Both the position numbers and the translations under genes were made by a program. A DNA stretch of 64,000 bases. It comes from Balanoglossus misakiensis (taxonomy: Eukaryota > Animalia > Hemichordata). The notes beneath the pieces were generated by a model that ran no database searches, was not told where the DNA came from, and saw only the letters and a program-made list of their open reading frames with translations. Shown here in pieces: positions 55,249 to 64,000 of this stretch. The stretch is taken from contig CM082587.2 in NCBI GenBank assembly GCA_040954595.2, positions 588,617-652,616 on the forward strand, in the 5' to 3' direction. Each line of letters opens with the position of its first letter. Within the stretch, counting starts at the first letter, position 1.

Positions 55249-58200
55249 TCACTCTGAAATAGAAAAAAACACATTTCACATGTAATCTTAGTCTTGGTTT
55301 TTACACTTAAGCAAAATGCCATTTACATACCAGGCCATCCCATCAGATTCATGTACTTACCATGTTTCCTTGCACATTCACACATTTCACAGCCGTTTTC
55401 ATCAATGCGGAATTGGTTACCAGGACAAGCTATCTTACAAGGGAAGGGAGGTTGTCTACAGGCACCTGAAGATAATATACATTATGTGTCATTACTACAT
55501 GTATAAGTATGGGTGATGCACAAAAACATTGGAAAGGTAATATACTTTCCTTAGATAACTTTTCAATTCAATATTATAAAGGACAAGTCTCTGCGTGGAT
55601 AACTGCAAGTTGTATAAGTGGGTGATTTTATGATAAAAAATGTGATTCAAAAGTACTCCAAAACAAACATGGGATGAAAATACACAATTACTAGGCTCTA
55701 ATTACATTATATTGTACATTATATTGAAATGGAGTTGCAGGTTTCTGTCCTTTAAGACAAACCAATACAATAATGACATACCTCTGTGTCCTCCTTTGCC
55801 CTGTCCATGATGGCCAGATCCACCAGCAACAGGTGGACTAGGGTCTAAAATTCAAATTAACCCATATCACATATTTAATAATATTTAGTTCATCTCCTCT
55901 TGGAGATAATTAAAAGTTGCCTGACTTTTGTTTGCTTTTTTATGTTTTCATAGTAACTCTATTATGTTGCACCAACAATATCACAAAAGTAGTGTCCGAA
56001 AAGTTAAATCTTTCCATCAGGGATATTCAGAGCTTGGCAGAAGGTAAGCTTATAGTTATTCCCCAGAGTTACCTGCTTGAAAAATAAGGATTAAATACCT
56101 ACCACAATCAAGTTGAGAACTGGCCAGTCCATAGTGAGCATTTCCTATTCTCGCCCCTGTGTCTGGTTCAACACACTGACAGCTGTATAATAACAAATTT
56201 ATATATTTCAATATTTTATATCAAATATGTACATGTGCATACTTCATGTTGCATTTGTGTATTGATGGATTCTAACTTAGATTCATTTTCACCTCAGGAG
56301 ATACAAAAGCTACCCACACACATATGTAATACATACTTGATGTATACATGCAGGCATGCATGCACACACACATTGTACATATGTATATGTAACAGTATAC
56401 ACAGGTGTACATATGCATATATGCATAATACATGCAAAACGCACACAAACACACTGACCCGATTTTGTTTAACCTTTTACATTCAAAGTACATGGAAGCA
56501 CTGATAAGAACAGCAGTAAGGGTGTTGAAACACGAGGGATGAAGTCTAAACACCCCGACCCCAACAAACATCACTCAGTGTCTGGTTTCTGAAGTAACAC
56601 CACCCCATACCTAGCATAGTAAGTCATAGCAAGTTTCTCAGTGGTTTCTATTACATGAATCTCCATTTGATTAATTGAATTGGAAGGTGAAGAAACAAAA
56701 TCAACTTCCACATGTAGGGATGATCTCAGCTAATAATATTATCAACTCCCCACAGTAATATAATATACCTGTAATATTCCCACTACTTACAAGAAAAGAT
56801 TGCACTGTTTTCTTCTGTATCTGCCATTTTTATCACAAGATGGTGGCGTCAAATCTGCTATCTCAATACCTTGTGCCTTTGCACGTTTTAAACGATGTTC
56901 AATTGCCTGTTTCTGCTTCAGGCACTTAGACTCTCCTAAAAAATACAAAATTAAACCACAAAATAATATTGCATACTACTGTACTTTCAGAACAATGTTT
57001 CTGATGTTTAACTGAGCCAATGATGAGAAATCAAACAACATTTACCACTGCAGTAAACTGATTTCTAGTTGTATATTTTGGCATTTACGTTAAGGTTGTA
57101 AAAACTGCTCATTTTGAGACATCATTTCATACCTGGTGTTGTTGGTTCTTCTTCAGAATCCTCGCCTCCTAATAAGAGAAATACAACAACAACTATCATC
57201 ATCACTGTTGTGTAAGATTTTTTTTACAAAATGAGAATTTAGTCTATATCAATTTCTATGGGATATGAAGTTATGCACCTACCTATAACTTCATTTGATG
57301 TACTTTCACAAGGTTCTGTTAAAAAGGCAAAAATGATATTTAACACCCCAGTAGTCAGTTAGTCATGATATCATCACCGTAATATGGTGATGTCGTCTGT
57401 GACAGAGACCGGCCTTGATAAAGCAGACTGTTTTGGAGCGACTTACAGTCCCTCAGGGAAACAGACGTATGCTGTTGCCCTCGTGACCAGTCAATATGTG
57501 TATAATGAAATAGAAAGTCAATATTGGTGCCTTTCAAAAAGGGTATAAAACTGGCTTCATAAAGTAGTTGCGACTCAAAAGTTCAAAATTGTACCTGTAT
57601 TCATGACAAGGCAATAATACAGACTTCTAATCTCAGCAGAAATTTATAGCCTGTAAAACTTAACTTACCAGCATTGTCAGTAACGTGGATTGGATTGACA
57701 CACAAATTACGCATGATGTATGTATTTATCTGTTCGCGCATGTCTTCTTCGATGGAGCCTGTACGACTCAATATCATCACTTGTTCTTTTTCTTTTTTAC
57801 ATCTTCCATTGCTTCGTTTGACTAGACATCGATAGCCGATGGCGTAGTTCTCATAATCTGTCTTCATAATCCACAGTGGCACTGAAAAAATTCACATTAA
57901 TGATATAAAATGAGTTTACAATTATTTCAAAGAAGAAAACCTATTGTGTTGTAACTCATTCTGGACATCATGTTTATTGATTGTCTTACCATTTTCAGTT
58001 TCTCCAAATGACCGAGGTGCTGTTGGGAAGCTCAGAAGCATTTTAGCGGGCTGGTCAATCAGTGTGGTTCCAAAGCCCTTCAGGCTCTGCCCTGTGCAAG
58101 TGTTAAGTGGTCCCCTGTGACAACAAGGTAGGGGAAAAACATTATTCTTAGATATAGATAAACATCTAAAATAGTATTGACTTTCTTGTAAACTTTTAGC

Positions 58201-61200
58201 TTGGCTTCCTGAGTTGCACAACGTCTTGTAAACAAAAAAACTGAAACACATTGAATATTCTAATTGGACAATCTGTGGTGAAAGGGTTAAGGTATATACA
58301 TGATGAACTTACGCTCTGATTCCACTCAGGGTGACGGTAAATTGGTCACTGTCTTCTTGAGATGTAAAGGTCATTGAACTTACTTCAGGAACGTTCATGT
58401 ATCTATGGCCTTTCAATTGTGCTACGGGATACCACTGTCCTTCAAACTATTGATGCCAATAAAAAAAATAAAGTAAGATACTCAAATCTCAATTTAAATT
58501 GAATGCATACAGTTGAGTTTTCAAACCACAAGGCCATCATTACTTGCCTCTGAGAATCTGAAGTTTCTTTTTGTCTTGAACTCATCTACAATACACTGGG
58601 ATGGTCTGGTGGAGTCATCTGCAATGAAACACAATAATGTTAATTGTTGAGTTTCCATTTTATCAACAAATGTTTACATGAAATTGCATGTATCACTGAG
58701 AGCCAAATAAATGTGTTTAAATGTTGATGATCAGTCATTAGTAAGTTGGGTTAGAAATTCAGTAGCAGAGAATACTTCTGTTGGTTTAAGGCCACTCACC
58801 ACACATGTCTGGCATTTCATCCGAACCATCACCGCAGTCAGGATCTTCATCACACTTCCATGCTTTTGGTATACATTCACCATTGTTACATTGGAATTCT
58901 CCATCTGTGCACGCAGGCCGTGGTTCCTCTGAAAAGGGGAGTCATAAAGAAACACGATGACAAATATGACAAATTTTCAGCTGTAATCTCCATGTCCTAC
59001 ACATAATTTTAAAAGTCCAACCTTACCATAGAAAACAATGGATTTGGAGTGAACCATGGTGGTAAACGGGTTAAGGTTCTTTATGCTTTTCAAGAACTAT
59101 TATGCAGCATACCTGTATTACATGGTTTTGGTGGCCTTGGACCTGGTGGCACAGGTGGCACTAAGGTTGCAGGACAACGATCTGCCAGATTTGAAACAAA
59201 AATGATTAGATGTTGGTTACCATTTTCTTTCATTCTATTATGTTTCTTCCTATTTCTACATGGATCTATACTGTAGTTATATGTACCACTTAAACAGTTG
59301 GTTGTACCACATGGAAATAGAGAAAGGGTTGAAGTTAGGTTATTCAGCTAGGTTATTTACCGAAGTCTTCGTTGAGTGCAGCACGTGAAAAGCAGATGCG
59401 GTCTCTTAGCAACTGGTTGACCATTGCTTCGTGTCCACGATGCATTTCTTCATGTCTGCTTAACACCCATACAAGTTCCTGTTCTGGGTTGCAGGTACCG
59501 TCATCATTTGGCTGGTGGCAATGATAAACTATAGCATGGTAGTCGTAGTCTGTGTCTACAATCCAGTAGTCCACTGTGGGTGTATAGATATACAATCACA
59601 TTTTAGATGGTGCTGCAGTTTACATGGCGAATTCAGTCAAAACAAAAAAAAGGTATTCCACAAAAGATTTTGTTAGATTGTTTTGAACTCACCACTGCTG
59701 AAGTCACCATAGTGCTTTGGAATCATAGGATAGGAGAATGTAATTTTGGCTGGCATGGTTGGATCAATGGTACCGATACCATCCATCACATGCCCTGTGC
59801 ATACACCATTTCTACATGAAATTAATGTACAAAATATTGCAACGTATTAAACACTCATATTCCTAAAATACAATTTGAAAACTACAAAGCCATGTTATTT
59901 ACAGATGAACTAGGCATATTTTGCATGAGATCTAATGGCGAGTCTTTTTTGTCAAACCACTGTATATACATAATTGTTTGATTTCTTAATTTTACTTTTT
60001 GGTTGTTAGCAAATGCACTTACACTTTAATTTGATTCATGGTTCCTGTCACAGTTCCATCATCATTTACTTTGAATATCATTGATCGTACATCTGGCAGT
60101 GAAATCTCTCCGGGGAAGTTGTGTGCGATTTCAAACCACTCTCCTTGGAACTGAAGTGAACACACAAAAACATTCCACCAGTTATTTCTACGGACATCAT
60201 CAATTTCACTTGTTTAGCTAACATTAGATGTATGATTAAGCTATAAAACTAAAAAATGCTCGCATATTTACCCTCTCTGGATCAAAATTTTCCATCAGCT
60301 GTATTTCATCAAGGACACAGCGTTCACCTGTTAAAAGACAGAATAAAATGATTCCAATACAATGAAATTAAGAATTACAGACAGAAAAATATTGAACAAA
60401 TTTATTTTTTTTGTGAACCAAAAAGACAAAGCCTTACCACACAATTCAGTTGTTTCATCAGACCCATCTATACAGTCAGGTTTTCGATCACATTTCCACT
60501 GATCTGTTATGCAGTCTCCATTGCCACATTCGTATTGGTTTGGTAGACAGCTAATTCCCTCTGAAAATTTGATTAAAAGACACAGATTTTGTGATAATGT
60601 TCATCAACATTCTGAAAGTATTCAAACTTGAAAAAATGCACAAATCCTTGCAATTTCCAAAACAGAACATGTACCCACCGTCAGCTGTTTCTGGACAGAC
60701 TCCTGCAGAATAAAATAAAACATATTATAATTGATGCTGTAAATACTGAAAGATGTGGATTAATTAAATCACATTTTAGTTTAATAACAGATTTTATTAG
60801 ATTGAGTCTTTTTTGTGGATGTTGATTGTAAAAGAAATTTGTTATCACATTATTGGTCATACCTTCTGCATCCCTATACTCTAGATCATCTGGATTCAGA
60901 CACAGTTCTGTCATTAATTCAGCCACATGATTCTTAGCACCTTCCGCAATAGTTCGTCTCCTTCCATACACCATCACCATGGCCTGGCCAGGGTCACATG
61001 TCATATCTCGGTTGAGCTGGTGGCATCCATAGGCTACAGCATGATCAATGTAATCTGTGTAGACCACTCTGTGTAGCATGGCTGTGGCAGAGAAACAGAT
61101 TGGGTGTCAATGTCACAAATTAGAAATTATTACTTTGGAATCATTGATGCATTCATGCAGAGTAAAAAAAGCCAAAACACGTACATAGTCTCTTGATACT

Positions 61201-63978
61201 CTACTATAGTATCGAGCACTTAATAGTATCGGACCAGTCAAACCAAATACTTTGTATACATATGTATGTACGTACATACATACATACAAAGTAGAAATAC
61301 AGACAAGAGAGTGTACAAATAGAACCTGATCTTACTCATTCGCATGTTGGGCATCTTGACTCTGAAATGTGCCTGTGTCTCACTGATAAATTCTCCTTTA
61401 ACTGTGCCTTCTCTACCAATGCAAACACCATTCCTGAGCACAACAAATAAGAGCAATATTACATAAAATAGTACAAATTTATTAACCTTCATATAAAACT
61501 ATAATATATTTTTACATGTTTTTTTATAGTTTACTACCAAAATTTAATATGAAAAGTCTCCTTGAAATAACAAATCTAAATGCTTTTTGTTCCTTTTCCT
61601 CTGTTCTCAGATAACTGTAATCATGCAAAAAATGATGGAAAATGCTCAAACTTACATGCTGACGCCAAATGCTTTCATATCAACTATCTTGTCGTGATGT
61701 CTGGTCATGACTAACCCTTCAGACATGACATCATGGGGCATATGGAGTCCAGCAGGAAGATATGTGGCCACTACGTACCATTTACCCATATACTGAAAAA
61801 TCATGGCAGACATTGTTACAGGAATCTTCCTGGTGAGAATTTGGCAGTTTGGAATAATTCACGCTGTGGTAAGTGGAATAATACAGTTTAGTCAAAACTG
61901 ACTACTTTCTGAGACCATATGATTGCATAACATGAGGTAGAACTAGGTATAAGTGGGTTAGAACAGTTTTGGTGATAGACCATGTGCAGACTGTGTACAA
62001 ACAGAAATGACAACACACCTGATCTATATCAAGTGTCTGTACTGGCAATGTTGGAACAGCACACTGTCTTGGCCCACTGCCAGCACCACTGTTTCCATGG
62101 TGACCACCAGGCATTGGAGGTCTTCCATCTGATGTGGTGTTACCTGCAGAGAAAGTTTTTAAAACCGGTTTTCATGTGTCCTGATAGTATCATTCTATGA
62201 AAATAAATTATTGCATTCAAAGCCCCATGAGCTGCCACTGTTTGTATGATTACTAAATTAGAGATTTATATAATTTTAATTGTTTAGAATTATAATGAAT
62301 ACAGAGAATGACTACAGCGACTTACCAACTGTGACCAGATCTGTGGGATCTCCATTGCAACAGTCAACTGTAAGATAAAAGTAAGTGCTGTCAATTTCTA
62401 TGTATTGTATTTGCTGTGGATACAAGTCTGTAATGTGTGACAGAATTATTGAGGGAATTTTTTTAATTGAAGTAACACATACTTTTGGGAGTTCTTCGGA
62501 TCCTTGTGACATCAATACACAGACTGGCAATTGTCTGTCCGAACTTGGCGCGATGTGATGGATCCAAAGTTGGTGTTCGACTCATGATCCACATACTGTT
62601 GTGATCTTGATGACAGGTACCATCTTCCAAAACGCGATTGCAACCATAGAGTACAGCATAGTTGTCGTAGTCAGTTGACATGATCCAATAGGGGCCTAAG
62701 AATAGAAATGTAACAAATTAATTATGATAAAATAGTCAAAAGTTACAAACAGAATTTTAAACATGTTGAGTAAACAATTACCATGATCTCCGATGTCAAA
62801 TCCTGGTGGGATATCCATGCTGACCTGCCACTTAGCTGCTGTTTCACTGGAATTTCCGTAACTGGCTTTTCCATGCAACGTCAAATCATAGCAGGAATGT
62901 CCTCTGTTGGGAGCAAGTTTATGAAAGATGCTGTTAACCATTGAAGTCATCACAATATGTGATAGCAAGATATATTGTAAACATTTAATATTAACCCTTT
63001 CATGGTCTGACTAAACCCCTATATATATTTTTTGAAACTTACTGTATAACTCCTGAGATGGTTACATTGATTTGTCCATCTTCATGCAGTGTTAGGATTG
63101 TTTTATAAGTGTTTGGAATATTGGGATAGAGTGGAGTGTTTGTCATAGCGACTTCATACCAGACGCCCATGTACTGAAAGAAATAATTGAATAATTGAAC
63201 AACTAATTGAATCAAATGATCAACTGGTCACTTGGCACTATTGGCCAATTGCGAGCCAAAAGCAGAAAGATGACCAGGCATATTCAGGTTATATTACATC
63301 TTAGTGTTCATGCTGTCTGAAAATTTCATTTTAAAACGCTTTCACGTATGTAAAACTCCCTGTGGAGTCCATTGTAAGGTGATTTACTGAGTTTCTTTTT
63401 GTGGTATGGGACATGAAACAGAACTGATGGAGAACGATGAAAACAAAGGCAATTCCATATGTGGTGGTTGGTGGCGCTCTCAGTCTTTCCACCACAACGA
63501 ATGACCATATTTGATCCTTACCCTTTCAACATCGAAATTTTCTTGCACTCGCAAGTCTTCTTCCACTCTACACATTCTGTCACCGCTGCAGTCTGCAAAT
63601 TTATTTGGAATACAATATCCGTTTTCAGTAAAAAAAAAATCACAAGATATGGTTACCATACCTTGGATAATATGAGTCTACAAAAATCATGAAATTTGGA
63701 CAGTAGTTTATTTTATCTTGTCAACTGCAACTCCGCATTGCAACGTAGAAAAAAAGTTCACCCACCCTTAGGAATGATGTTGACTTCCGCGGGGTCGAGG
63801 CACACCGAGCTTATGACGTCATCGATGACGTCCGTGACTTCATCGGGCAACTGTGCTGTACGGCTGAGAATCCATACCATCGTGTGGTCGTTGCTACAGG
63901 TGCCGTCATCCGTGATTTCGTTACAGCTGTATACCACGGAGTAACTGTTGTAGTCTGTACTCAGCACCCAATAGCTTC
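55249..63978 (-). CDS. Mosaic multi-lipocalin protein, 5' end outside the window: at least 5 RBP4-like lipocalin domains, 2 LDLa, 1 thyroglobulin type-1, 1 antistasin-like; ~1080 aa visible
   Basis: Exons (minus): 63766-63978, 63522-63592, 63043-63173, 62782-62903, 62483-62695, 62326-62367, 62019-62143, 61656-61792, 61336-61433, 60863-61081, 60679-60702, 60438-60560, 60272-60327, 60023-60150, 59693-59811, 59361-59573, 59113-59181, 58800-58928, 58548-58618, 58313-58446, 57990-58114, 57669-57881, 57283-57315, 57133-57168, 56791-56935, 56103-56182, 55782-55844, 55361-55465, 55249-55253. Phases are all compatible with no internal stop. Lipocalin GxW, TDY and SR motifs are repeated. Confidence 0.9.
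55361..55465 (-). other. Antistasin-like module (phase 1-1 exon)
   Basis: [29 protein letters not shown]; fits C..CxxxCPxxFxxDxNGCxxCxC. Confidence 0.8.
56103..56935 (-). other. Thyroglobulin type-1 domain (two exons)
   Basis: SKCLKQK...[32 protein letters not shown]...LDC; fits PxCxxxGxYxxxQC...CWCV..G with W replaced by Q. Confidence 0.85.
58800..58928 (-). other. LDL-receptor class A module 2 (single phase 1-1 exon)
   Basis: [37 protein letters not shown]. Confidence 0.93.
59015..59074 (+). mobile_element. Partial copy of the same MITE family
   Basis: gtccaaccttaccatagaaaacaatggatttggagtgaaccatggtggtaaacgggttaa closely matches 52007-52066. Confidence 0.6.
60438..60560 (-). other. LDL-receptor class A module 1 (single phase 1-1 exon)
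   Basis: [37 protein letters not shown]: six Cys and the DCxDGSDE acidic motif. Confidence 0.92.
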
Positions 63979-64000
63979 CTGTTTGAAATACAGTTGAGCG

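Noticed and set aside
55249-55251. Terminal TGA of the poly-lipocalin as selenocysteine or readthrough
   Set aside because: It follows a complete antistasin module, the downstream frame is short and featureless, and no SECIS was recognised
57355-57537. 60-aa minus-strand ORF with flanking splice-like sites, as an extra poly-lipocalin exon or a UGA/selenocysteine junction
   Set aside because: Its best donor creates T|GA at the junction with exon 57133-57168. The sequence looks like a CpG-containing repeat fragment, and micro-exon 57283-57315 already supplies the expected Cys.

Overview
AT-rich, intron-containing eukaryotic DNA from an animal. An invertebrate deuterostome such as a hemichordate or echinoderm is my inference from gene content and mosaic CpG depletion; it is not demonstrated. 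Four spliced genes were assembled by hand from GT/GC-AG junctions with consistent reading frames. (1) QSOX sulfhydryl oxidase, minus strand, 10871-14998, 11 coding exons. (2) Deoxyhypusine synthase, minus strand, 18604-20923, 8 coding exons. (3) A TSPN-type fibrillar collagen, plus strand, 24219-53418, about 51 coding exons, with five helix imperfections; it appears to share a bidirectional promoter with DHPS. (4) The 3' part of an unusual mosaic protein, minus strand, 55249 to beyond 63978, 29 exons in the window. It contains at least five tandem RBP4/purpurin-like lipocalin domains, two LDL-receptor class A modules, a thyroglobulin type-1 domain and an antistasin-like domain, and is the most novel item here. 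An intronless 220-aa orphan membrane ORF lies between QSOX and DHPS. The first ~10 kb is CpG-undepleted and has no recognisable gene. Small MITE/SINE remnants and microsatellites occur in introns. All coordinates and counts were made by eye and need computational confirmation.
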